Positions 35,721-44,062 of a stretch of 64,000 nt of DNA are shown piece after piece. The position numbers and the translations under genes are program-made. How positions within the stretch are numbered: the first letter of the stretch is position 1; each line of letters begins with the position of its first letter. The DNA lies in contig CAWJES010000015.1 of NCBI GenBank assembly GCA_963841965.1, positions 5,186-69,185 on the forward strand, written 5' to 3'. The notes under the pieces are model-generated. The model had not been told where the DNA came from and searched no databases. It saw nothing but the letters and a program-made list of their open reading frames with translations. Source of the stretch: an uncultured Acidimicrobiaceae bacterium (GTDB lineage Bacteria > Actinomycetota > Acidimicrobiia > Acidimicrobiales > RAAP-2).

Positions 35721-37171
35721 TCCGCCAACCATGCGCGGAGGTTCCGAGCCGACGTGCGCCCGCTTCCGATGCACGCCGGGATGCCCACCCCGCGGTAGGC
35801 GGCACCCGCCACGGCCAGGCCGCCGAGGGCGCTCACCGCGGCATCGACGCCGTCGACGCGGACGAGGTGGTTGACCCGATACTGGGGGAACGCGTCGGGC
35901 CACCGGGTCACTGCGGCCGCACTCGGCGCAGCGATCTCGCCGATCAGCAGGGTGAGGTCGAGGAGGACCCTCTCGACGAGCACTTCGTCGTCCAGGTCCA
36001 TCCAGCGAGCGTCATCGATGCGTCCGACGGATGCGCGGAGGAGCACCTCGCCCGGCCGGGCGAGGTGCGGCCACTTGCGGTCGAGGAACGTCACGGCCGT
36101 GACCATGAAGCGATCCTCGGGAGCGGCGTGCCCGATCGGCACGAGCACGCCCGTGCCCGACGCAGGCAGGGTGATGGCATCAGCCGGGAAGCGCAGCGTC
36201 ACGACAGCGACCCCCGCTGCGTCGATCGATCCGACCATGGACGCAGCCTCGCGGTCGATGTCGTCGAGCAGCAGGGATGTGGCCGCAGCCGGCGTCGCGA
36301 GCACCACGCCGTCTGCCTCGAGCCGGTCGCGCCCCGTCTCGACGACCCATCGGGGCCTCCCCGGAGCGCCGCGGTGCAGCCCGGTGGCCGTCGTGCCCAG
36401 GGCAAGCTCCGCCTCGCGGTCGCGAAGCGTCGCGGCGATGAGCTCGGGCAGTGACCCCACGCCGTCGCGCAGCGTGTAGAAGGCGGGCGTTGCCACCGAC
36501 TCGTCTTCGGGGATCGGGTCGCGCACCGCAGCCTTTGCCTGGAGCGCGCGCATGAGGCTCCCGCGCACCTGCCCGGCGGCGAGGATCGGCGGGTAGACGG
36601 CGGCGGCCGACAGGTCCTTCACCCTCCCCGCGTGGATGCCTCCGATCAGCGGATCGATGAGCATGTCGACAACGCGATGCCCGAGCTTGTCGCCGACGAG
36701 CGGGCCGATCGCCCGATCCTCGAGCGCGGACCGGCTCGGCTGGCGCGGGGCGATCAGGTCGAGGGCCGCACGTGCGGCTCCCGCAATCCCAAGGATGCCG
36801 ACGGCGTCCTTCGTGCGGAGGTCGCGAAGCCGGGTCGGGATCCCGAGCGCGAGCCCCGGTGGAAGCAGGCGGAGCCGACCGCGAGCGAAGACCCAGGCAC
36901 CCTGCGCGCCGATCGGTTCGAGCAGTTCGGAGCAGCCGAGCTCCGAGATGAGTGCGACGGCCTCGGGGCGCCGCGCGAGGAATCCGTCGGGGCCGACATC
37001 AACTGCACGCCCGGCGATCGGCGCGCACAGGAGCTTGCCGCCCAGTCGCTCGTCAACCTCGAGCACGGTCACGCTGGACGTCGCCCCCACGGGTCCCGCT
37101 GCGCCCCCCAGCAGCTCGTACGCGCACGAGAGACCGGCGACGCCGCCGCCGACGACGACGACGTGGCTCAC
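35711..37171 (-). CDS. hemY: coproporphyrinogen III / protoporphyrinogen oxidase (HemY, also called CgoX)
   Basis: FAD motif VVVVGGGVAGLS.AYEL, ~485 aa, last gene of the hemE-hemH-hemY cluster. The GTG overlaps the hemH stop. Confidence 0.8.
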   Translation of the reverse strand: MSHVVVVGGGVAGLSCAYELLGGAAGPVGATSSVTVLEVDERLGGKLLCAPIAGRAVDVGPDGFLARRPEAVALISELGCSELLEPIGAQGAWVFARGRLRLLPPGLALGIPTRLRDLRTKDAVGILGIAGAARAALDLIAPRQPSRSALEDRAIGPLVGDKLGHRVVDMLIDPLIGGIHAGRVKDLSAAAVYPPILAAGQVRGSLMRALQAKAAVRDPIPEDESVATPAFYTLRDGVGSLPELIAATLRDREAELALGTTATGLHRGAPGRPRWVVETGRDRLEADGVVLATPAAATSLLLDDIDREAASMVGSIDAAGVAVVTLRFPADAITLPASGTGVLVPIGHAAPEDRFMVTAVTFLDRKWPHLARPGEVLLRASVGRIDDARWMDLDDEVLVERVLLDLTLLIGEIAAPSAAAVTRWPDAFPQYRVNHLVRVDGVDAAVSALGGLAVAGAAYRGVGIPACIGSGRTSARNLRAWLADQS

Positions 37172-38076
37172 GGCGTCGACTTCCGCTCGATGATGTCTGC
37201 GAGGACCTCGAGGAATCGGGGATCATCGTTGAGCGACGGCGTCCGGCGCAGCGAGATGCCGAGCTCCCGTGCGAGGTGGTCTGCCTCGATGTCCACGTCG
37301 TAGAGGACCTCGAGGTGGTCCGAGACGAAGCCCACCGGGCACACGACGACGTGCGACGTCTCTGACGGATCGAGAGACCGCAGGTAGTCGAGGATGTCGG
37401 GTCCCAGCCACTCCTCCTCGGTCCGTCCGGCGCTCTGCCAGCACTGGGCGTACTCGCGCAATCCGGCGAGCGAGGCGATCCGACCTGCGGCGTCGGCGAG
37501 CTGCTCCGCGTAGTCACCGCCCTCGGCGACGACCCGGACGGGCAGGGCGTGGGCGCTGAAGACCACGATGCGCGAGCCTTCGGGTGTCCCTGCGATGGCC
37601 GCCTGGACGTTTGCGGCCACGATCTCGCAGAATCCCGGCGCGTCCCACCACGCCCAGATCGGGACGTATGGGACGAGCCCGTCGAGCGCCGACTCCGCGC
37701 GATCGTGGTACTGGCCGGTCGACATGGCAGCGCTCAGGGGGGCGAGGACGAGACCGATGACCCGGTCGACGCCCGAGGCGGCCAGCGCCGACGCCGCCTC
37801 CTCGATCGACGGCTCCTCGTAGCGGGTGGCGTTGGCGACCAGGAATCGACCAGGCGAGCGGCGCTCGAGCTCGCGAGTGATCCCGTCCACCTGGGCCTGC
37901 GTGCGGTCGTTCAGCGGCGAGGTGCCCCCGATCGCGTCGTACCGCTTGACGAGATCGGCGAGCTGCTCGGGCGAGGGGGGCCTCCCGCGCCGGATGCGCG
38001 TGTAATAGGGCTCGATGCCCTCCCGGGTGCGGGGCGTGCCGTAGGAGAGCACGAGGACGCCCGTCTGCCCGCTCAT
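37168..38076 (-). CDS. hemH: ferrochelatase (coproporphyrin ferrochelatase CpfC type, no Fe-S tail)
   Basis: GVLVLSYGTP, Y..IGG.SPL, SAHALP and CP.GFVSDH.E.LYD.D. The ATG at 38076 overlaps the hemE stop (ATGA). The track ORF to 38505 is an out-of-frame extension into hemE. Confidence 0.85.
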   Translation of the reverse strand: MSGQTGVLVLSYGTPRTREGIEPYYTRIRRGRPPSPEQLADLVKRYDAIGGTSPLNDRTQAQVDGITRELERRSPGRFLVANATRYEEPSIEEAASALAASGVDRVIGLVLAPLSAAMSTGQYHDRAESALDGLVPYVPIWAWWDAPGFCEIVAANVQAAIAGTPEGSRIVVFSAHALPVRVVAEGGDYAEQLADAAGRIASLAGLREYAQCWQSAGRTEEEWLGPDILDYLRSLDPSETSHVVVCPVGFVSDHLEVLYDVDIEADHLARELGISLRRTPSLNDDPRFLEVLADIIERKSTP

Positions 38077-39131
38077 GACGCACCGCCCACCCCGGCGCGG
38101 CCCTCGGCGTGCACGACCGCGACGACCTCGGCGAGGACCCCTGGGTCCGTCGACGGGAAGACCCCGTGTCCGAGGTTGAAGATGTGGCCGGGCCGATCGC
38201 CCGCGAGCGCGAGGATGCTTCTCGTGGCTTCGAGGGCCACGCCGACGTCCGACACGCAGAGCGCGGGATCGAGATTCCCCTGGACCGCGAGGTCGCCGAC
38301 TCGCCCGCGGGCGAGGTCCAGCGGGACGTGCCAGTCGACGCCGATGACGTCCGCGCCGGACGTCGCCATCAGGCCCAGCAGTTCGCCCGTCCCCAGCCCA
38401 AAGAGGATCCGGGGCACGCCAAGCGGGGCGAGCGCCTCCATGACGCGCCGGGTCGCGGGCAGCGCGAACCGCTCGTACTCGTCGGGGGTGAGCGACCCCG
38501 CCCACGAATCGAAGAGCTGGATCGCCTGGGCACCTGCCTTCACCTGGGCCGTGATGAACGCGATGGCCATGTCGGCCAGCCGGTCGGTGAGCTGGGCGAA
38601 CAGCCGGGGCTCCGCGTGGGCGAGATTCTTCACGACCTCGAAGGTCCTCGTCGGGCCTCCTTCCACGAGGTAGCTCGCGACCGTGTAGGGCGCGCCCGCG
38701 AATCCGATGAGCGGGGTGCCGGTCGAACTCAGCTCGGCGCAGACGAGGCGGACGGTGTCGGTGACGTGGGCGATGTCGCCGTCCTCGAGGGGCCGCAGCC
38801 GTGGGAGGTCCGCGGCGGACCGGAACGGCTCGGCGACCTGGGGCCCCTTGCCCGGGACGACGTCGACCCCGAAGCCAATGGCATGGACGGGCACGACGAT
38901 GTCACTGAAGAGGATGGCCGCGTCGACCCCGTACCGGCGGACCGGCTGCAGGGTCACCTCGCAGGCGATCTCCGGCCGCGCGATCGCCTCCAGGATCGAT
39001 CCGGTCCCGCGCAGGGCCCGGTACTCGGGGAGGGATCGGCCCGCCTGCCGCATGAACCAGACGGGTACGTGGTCCACGTGATCGCCCCGGCAGGCGGCGA
39101 GGAAGGTCGCGCGGGAAGCGTCGGAAGGCAC
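38073..39131 (-). CDS. hemE: uroporphyrinogen decarboxylase
   Basis: PVWFMRQAGRSLPEYR, ILFSDI.VP. The start is set to GTG 39131 because a TACGAT -10 box ends exactly 6 nt upstream. This gives 352 aa, typical for HemE. GTG 39164 is an alternative. Confidence 0.9.
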   Translation of the reverse strand: MPSDASRATFLAACRGDHVDHVPVWFMRQAGRSLPEYRALRGTGSILEAIARPEIACEVTLQPVRRYGVDAAILFSDIVVPVHAIGFGVDVVPGKGPQVAEPFRSAADLPRLRPLEDGDIAHVTDTVRLVCAELSSTGTPLIGFAGAPYTVASYLVEGGPTRTFEVVKNLAHAEPRLFAQLTDRLADMAIAFITAQVKAGAQAIQLFDSWAGSLTPDEYERFALPATRRVMEALAPLGVPRILFGLGTGELLGLMATSGADVIGVDWHVPLDLARGRVGDLAVQGNLDPALCVSDVGVALEATRSILALAGDRPGHIFNLGHGVFPSTDPGVLAEVVAVVHAEGRAGVGGAS

Positions 39132-39137
39132 GACGCC

Positions 39138-39143
39138 ATCGTA
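39138..39143 (-). promoter_or_regulatory. -10 hexamer TACGAT (minus strand), 6 nt upstream of the hemE GTG (leaderless-type candidate)
   Basis: TAnnnT at -12..-7 relative to GTG 39131. Confidence 0.45.
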
Positions 39144-39196
39144 AGACCACACTGCCCGTGCCACCGACGTGTCGGGGAGGGGTGCGTGGCGGGCCG

Positions 39197-39202
39197 TAGA
39201 AT
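39197..39202 (+). promoter_or_regulatory. -10 hexamer TAGAAT upstream of helD (leadered; SD GGAGGAGG at 39223-39230)
   Basis: A consensus TAG(A/G)(A/G)T in the hemE-helD divergent gap. The predicted TSS near 39209 gives a leader of about 26 nt. Confidence 0.35.
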
Positions 39203-39234
39203 GATCCGTTCCCGGTTTCAGCGGAGGAGGGGTC

Positions 39235-41520
39235 GTGCCACAGGAGCGTGAGGTCGCCGACGAGCAGGCATTCCTCAATCGCGCCTACGTCGCACTCGAG
39301 ATGATGCGCGACGAGGCTCGCTCCATGCTCGGCGATGTGCTCGACATCGGCAGGGGCGGGACGTTCCAGTCCCGCACCGAGCGAGACATCGTGGTCAACA
39401 CCGCGCTCTCGCGGCTCCAGCAGCTCGACATTGGTGACCAGGCACTCTGCTTCGGGCGCATCGACACTGCGGCCGAGGATCCGGACGGTCTCGGCGAGGC
39501 ATTCCACATCGGACGCGTCGCGGTCTCCGGAGACGACCTCGAGCCGCTCGTCGTGGACTGGCGAGCTCCGGTCGCGGAGCCCTTCTACCGGGCGACCGGC
39601 ATCGAGCCGCTGGGTCTCGCGCGGCGCAGGCACCTCCACGTCCGCAACAAGGAGGTGCTCGGCGTCGAAGACGAGTACTTCACGCGCGGCGACGGCACCG
39701 GGCCGAACCACAGTCAGGTCGAGCAGGCCACCCGGGACGGGCTCGTCGAGGACGGCCTCGCCCTCGGCGGGCCGGGCGCGCTGCTCGCGGCGCTGGGCCA
39801 GGCGCGCACCGGCCGCATGGGGGACATCGTCGGCACGATCCAGCGCGAGCAGGACGAGATCATCCGCGCGCCGCTGCCCGGGCTCCTCATCGTGCAGGGG
39901 GGACCCGGGACGGGCAAGACGGCCGTCGCGCTGCACCGCGCCGCCTACCTCCTCTACACCCACCGGTTCCCGTTGGAGCGCCAGGGCGTCCTGGTCGTCG
40001 GTCCCAACCCGCTGTTCCTGCGCTACATCGAGCAGGTGCTCCCATCGCTCGGCGAGACGGGCGTGACCCTGTCGACGGTCTCGGGACTGGTGCCGGAGAT
40101 CCAGGTGAGCGCGGTGGAGCCCGACGAGGTCGCCGCCCTCAAGGGCGATGCGCGGATGGCGCGGCTGCTCGCGCGTGCCGTGCGCACGAGGCAGCGGCCC
40201 CTCAAGCAGGATGTCTCGATCGCCTTCGGCGTGGCGGTGCTGACGCTCTCGGTGGAGATGACCGAGGCGGTCGTCGCCCGTGCGAAGCGGCGTCCGGGCC
40301 CGCACAACCAGCGGCACCGGTTCGTGGAGCGCGAGCTCTCGGGGGTCCTCGCGTCCCAGTACCGCCGGAGGATCTACGGGAACGTGGAGCCCGAAGAGGG
40401 AGATGACTTCGAGGATCAGATCCGAAGGGCACCGGAATTCCGCGCGGCACTCCGTCGGATCTGGCCGCGGCTCGCGCCGCACGAGCTCGTTCACGACCTG
40501 CTCGGGGCACCTGCGCTAATTCGTGCGGCAGGCACGGACCTGTTCAGCGAGGGCGACCTGGCGCTGCTGTACCGACCGCGGTCCGAGATGCTCGAGGACG
40601 TCTCGTGGACGCCAGCCGACGCGGCGCTCGTCGACGAGGCGCGCTCCCTGCTCGGCCCCCTGCGCGCGCCGCGGCGCCAGGCTCTGGCGTCTGCTGGCCC
40701 CCAGGACCTGTTCGACCAGTACCGGGTGCCCGAGCCCGTGACGGAGGAGGAGATCCGCAGCTACGGCCACATCGTGGTCGACGAGGTGCAGGACCTGTCC
40801 CCGATGCAGCTGCGGATGATCGAGCGCCGATCGATCTCAGGCTCGATGACGGTTGTGGGCGACATGGGCCAGGCGACGGCCCCCGCCGCGGCCGGGACGT
40901 GGGAGTCGGTCGTCACCCACCTGGCGCCGCGCAAGCCGCCGATCGTCGTCGAGCTCACGGTCAGCTACCGGACCCCGATGGAGGTGCTGGACGCGGCGGC
41001 GAAGGTGCTTGCCGTGGCCGAGCCATCGATGCGCCCGCCCCGGCCGGTCCGCACCACCGGGATCCTGCCGGACCTCCGCGTGGTGGCACCCGATGAGCTG
41101 GGCGAGGCCGTCGTCGCTGCGGCCTGGCGCGAGCTGGAGGCCGTTGCTCCGGGCCGCGTCGCGGTCCTGCTCCCCGCCCCGCGCTACGAGGAGATCGCCC
41201 AGTACCTGCGGGCGGCGGGCCTCCCTGCGGTCGACCCGAGGATTTCGGCTGGCGAGGGCCTCGGAGCGACTCTCGTGGTCCTGCCAGCCGACGACGCCAA
41301 TGGCCTGGAGTTCGACGCCGTGGTCGTCGTCGAGCCCGCGAGCATCGCCGAGCGCGGCGGAGGCGGCAGGGGCCACACCCAGCGGGGCCTGCGGACCCTG
41401 TACGTGGCGATGACCCGCCCGACAAGGAGGCTGACGGTCCTCGGGACCACGCCCCTTCCCTCGGCGGAAATCGAGACAGGGGAGTCCGAAATGTGGCAAG
41501 TCCGTGCCGGGATCAACTAG
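39235..41520 (+). CDS. helD: HelD/HelR-type UvrD-like helicase (RNA polymerase-associated recycling ATPase, actinobacterial class)
   Basis: N-terminal FGRID....HIGR..V....EPLVVDWRAP..E.FY, Walker A GGPGTGKT.VALHR.AYLLY, Walker B VVDEVQD and C-terminal GLEFD.VVV.EP ... LYVAMTR.. Confidence 0.8.
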   Translation: MPQEREVADEQAFLNRAYVALEMMRDEARSMLGDVLDIGRGGTFQSRTERDIVVNTALSRLQQLDIGDQALCFGRIDTAAEDPDGLGEAFHIGRVAVSGDDLEPLVVDWRAPVAEPFYRATGIEPLGLARRRHLHVRNKEVLGVEDEYFTRGDGTGPNHSQVEQATRDGLVEDGLALGGPGALLAALGQARTGRMGDIVGTIQREQDEIIRAPLPGLLIVQGGPGTGKTAVALHRAAYLLYTHRFPLERQGVLVVGPNPLFLRYIEQVLPSLGETGVTLSTVSGLVPEIQVSAVEPDEVAALKGDARMARLLARAVRTRQRPLKQDVSIAFGVAVLTLSVEMTEAVVARAKRRPGPHNQRHRFVERELSGVLASQYRRRIYGNVEPEEGDDFEDQIRRAPEFRAALRRIWPRLAPHELVHDLLGAPALIRAAGTDLFSEGDLALLYRPRSEMLEDVSWTPADAALVDEARSLLGPLRAPRRQALASAGPQDLFDQYRVPEPVTEEEIRSYGHIVVDEVQDLSPMQLRMIERRSISGSMTVVGDMGQATAPAAAGTWESVVTHLAPRKPPIVVELTVSYRTPMEVLDAAAKVLAVAEPSMRPPRPVRTTGILPDLRVVAPDELGEAVVAAAWRELEAVAPGRVAVLLPAPRYEEIAQYLRAAGLPAVDPRISAGEGLGATLVVLPADDANGLEFDAVVVVEPASIAERGGGGRGHTQRGLRTLYVAMTRPTRRLTVLGTTPLPSAEIETGESEMWQVRAGIN

Positions 41521-41524
41521 AAAT
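41518..41524 (+). promoter_or_regulatory. TAGAAAT heptamer 8 nt upstream of the ctaE ATG (possible internal promoter; overlaps the helD stop)
   Basis: The same heptamer is found before nuoA. The spacing does not fit an ideal leaderless promoter. Confidence 0.2.
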
Positions 41525-41532
41525 ACCGAATC

Positions 41533-42132
41533 ATGTCGCAGGCTCCCCCGATAGACAGCCTCGCGAAGCCGTCGAAGATCGTCCACGACCGCCCGCCGAT
41601 GCTGGCGATCGGCGTGATGATCTGGCTCGGCTCCGAGCTCATGTTCTTCTCGGGCCTCTTCGCCGCGCTGTTCACGATCCGCGCGCACCTCGCCAGCTGG
41701 CCCCCGAAGGGCACGCAGCTCGACGTCTTGCAGGCAGGAATCTTCACGATCATCCTCGTCTCGTCCTCGTTCACCATGCAATACGCGGTCTGGCAGCAGG
41801 AGCACAACCAGCGGGCGTCGGCGAAGAGGTGGGTGTGGGCCACCTTCGTGCTGGGCGGGATGTTCCTCTGCAACCAGATGTACGAGTGGACGCACATCAC
41901 GACACGCTGGTACACGAACGCATACGGATCGATCTTCTTCATCACGACGGGCCTGCACGGCCTGCACGTGTTCCTGGGACTTGTAGCGATGGTGTTCCTC
42001 GCGATCCGCATGAAGGGCAGGACCGTCGGTGACTCCGGCGAGCTTTCGAACTTCCAAGCAGTGAGCTACTACTGGCACTTCGTCGACATCGTCTGGATCG
42101 GGCTGTACTCATGCCTGTTCCTGCTCAAGTAG
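41533..42132 (+). CDS. ctaE: cytochrome c oxidase subunit III
   Basis: WLGSELMFFSGLF and YYWHFVD.VW motifs. 199 aa. Precedes qcrCAB as is usual in Actinobacteria. Confidence 0.9.
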   Translation: MSQAPPIDSLAKPSKIVHDRPPMLAIGVMIWLGSELMFFSGLFAALFTIRAHLASWPPKGTQLDVLQAGIFTIILVSSSFTMQYAVWQQEHNQRASAKRWVWATFVLGGMFLCNQMYEWTHITTRWYTNAYGSIFFITTGLHGLHVFLGLVAMVFLAIRMKGRTVGDSGELSNFQAVSYYWHFVDIVWIGLYSCLFLLK

Positions 42133-43118
42133 CCGCCGTGCATCGCTCGCGCGCCAATGGAGTCCGCCTCGCAGCGGCATCGATCATCGGAACGATGGCC
42201 GTGCTCACGATGCTGTCGGTCGTCGGTGCCACGGGTGCTGCGGCGACCTCGACCACGACGACGACCACCTCAACGACGACCACCACAACGACGACAACGA
42301 CCACGCCTGCCTCGAGGCCGGTGCCCCCTTCAGCGCACCCGACGACCCGCTTCAACTCGGGAACGCCCAACTCGACGATCCGGATCTTCAACTCCAAGGG
42401 CCAGCTGATCCAGTACGGGAACCAGTTCGTGCGCTACACGCTGCCGGCGAGCTCGCTCATCCCGTACGGCGAGGCGCTCTACTCGGTGAACTGCTCCGCG
42501 TGCCATGGAGCCGATGCGAACGGGCACCCTGCGGCAGGGACGCCGGGCGGTCCGTATCCGGATCTCCTCGGCCTCGGACCCGCGACGTACTCGTTCTGGA
42601 TCAACTCGGGAAGGATGCCGGCGGCCCAGACACCGGACGTCCAGGCGGTTCGGCGCAACCCCAAGCTCTCGCCCTATCAGGCGAGCGCGGTCGCGGCATA
42701 CATCAACTCCCTGCAGCCCGCGACGCCCTACGTGCCGGTCGTCAATCTGAACGGTGCGAGCCTCTCCGACGGTGCCCAGCTGTTCTCCCTCAACTGCGCC
42801 GCCTGCCACACGATCACCGGCGACGGTGACGCGCTGGCCTGGAACACGTACGCGCCCTCGCTCCGTCACGTGCCCGCCCAGCAGGTGGCCGAGGCGCTGC
42901 GCACGGGTCCCGGAAACATGCCCGTCTTCACGGGCAACCTGACGGACCGCCAGCTCCGTGACGTCGTGGCCTACGTCACCGAGAAGATCCAGCACCCCCA
43001 GAACCCCGGTGGTCTCGGTCTCGGCGGGCTCGGACCGGTCGGCGAGGGATTCATCGGCCTCGCCCTCGGCGTCGGGCTCCTCGCCCTCGTCGGATTCTGG
43101 GTAGGGGACCGGACATGA
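42111..43118 (+). CDS. qcrC: cytochrome bc1 complex diheme cytochrome c subunit
   Basis: Two CxxCH motifs (CSACHG and CAACHT) and a C-terminal TM anchor. The start is uncertain: ATG 42111 overlaps ctaE by 22 nt, and GTG 42138 is the alternative. Confidence 0.85.
   Translation: MPVPAQVAAVHRSRANGVRLAAASIIGTMAVLTMLSVVGATGAAATSTTTTTTSTTTTTTTTTTTPASRPVPPSAHPTTRFNSGTPNSTIRIFNSKGQLIQYGNQFVRYTLPASSLIPYGEALYSVNCSACHGADANGHPAAGTPGGPYPDLLGLGPATYSFWINSGRMPAAQTPDVQAVRRNPKLSPYQASAVAAYINSLQPATPYVPVVNLNGASLSDGAQLFSLNCAACHTITGDGDALAWNTYAPSLRHVPAQQVAEALRTGPGNMPVFTGNLTDRQLRDVVAYVTEKIQHPQNPGGLGLGGLGPVGEGFIGLALGVGLLALVGFWVGDRT
42246..42305 (+). repeat. 20-codon Thr/Ser tract (ACG/ACC/ACA repeats) in qcrC, directly after the signal anchor
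   Basis: It translates to TSTTTTTTSTTTTTTTTTTT. Low-complexity trinucleotide periodicity. Confidence 0.8.
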
Positions 43119-44062
43119 CCGGCGAACGACCACTCGAGCACCGTTCGCCGGTCGAGCTGAAGGCAGCCTCATGGTCCGACCCGCACATGCAGCCGGCCGC
43201 CAAGCACCCGCGGTTCGTCGAGCGGATCATCGCGCTCACCTTCATCGCGGGCCTCGCCCTCTTCGCCCTCTTCGTGGTCGCCTACTGGCAGAACTGGTCG
43301 GCGTGGACCCTCGGAGCCACCATGGGCGCGGGGATGCTGTTCATCGGCTTCGGGCTCGTTGCCTGGGGCAAGTACCTGATGCCCAGAGGTCCGTTCGTCG
43401 AGGAGCGCCACGATCTCGCCTCCTCCAAGGAGGAGGTCGAGGCCTTCACGAACGCGCTCGTCGAGCGCGGCGGCGGGACGCTGCAGCGACGGCGCGTGCT
43501 TGGCGGGCTGCTCGCAGCCGGGCTCGGAGTCTTCTCGCTCGGCACGATCAGCCTGCTGGTCCGTTCTCTCGGACCCCTGCCGAAGCTGACGCTCACGGAG
43601 ACCGACTGGAAGGCAGGAACGTACCTCGTCGACCAGGCGGGCCGCCGTGTCACGGCCGGCCAGCTCTCGGTCGGCTCCGTCCTCACCGTGTTCCCCGAGG
43701 GCTTCCAGAACACTGACAACGGACAGGCCGTCGACCAGACGATCCTCATCCGCGTCAAGGACACGAGCTTCACCACCGTCGAGGGACGGTCCACGTGGGC
43801 GCCGCTCGGATACGTCGCGTACTCCAAGCTCTGCACGCACCTCGGCTGTCCCGTCGGGCTCTACGAGAAGGAGCTGAAGCTCCTCGTGTGCCCGTGCCAC
43901 CAGTCCATGTTCGATGTGGAGGAGGGCGCGATCCCGACGTTCGGGCCCGCTCCGAGGCCGCTCCCGCAGCTGCCCCTCTACGTCGACAACTTCGGATTCC
44001 TCCGCGCGCAGCGCGGCTACGACCAGCCGGTCGGGCCCGGCTACTGGGAGCGCACGACATGA
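43115..44062 (+). CDS. qcrA: cytochrome bc1 complex Rieske iron-sulfur subunit
   Basis: CTHLGCP...CPCHQS. Three TM helices with an internal twin-arginine motif (QRRRVLGG) before TM3. The ATG overlaps the qcrC stop. Confidence 0.9.
   Translation: MTGERPLEHRSPVELKAASWSDPHMQPAAKHPRFVERIIALTFIAGLALFALFVVAYWQNWSAWTLGATMGAGMLFIGFGLVAWGKYLMPRGPFVEERHDLASSKEEVEAFTNALVERGGGTLQRRRVLGGLLAAGLGVFSLGTISLLVRSLGPLPKLTLTETDWKAGTYLVDQAGRRVTAGQLSVGSVLTVFPEGFQNTDNGQAVDQTILIRVKDTSFTTVEGRSTWAPLGYVAYSKLCTHLGCPVGLYEKELKLLVCPCHQSMFDVEEGAIPTFGPAPRPLPQLPLYVDNFGFLRAQRGYDQPVGPGYWERTT

Noticed and set aside
39132-39234. A rifamycin-associated element (RAE) upstream of helD
   Set aside because: No extended inverted repeat is visible, only CCGACGTGTCGG with 5-bp arms. 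I cannot recall the RAE consensus with enough certainty to claim presence or absence.
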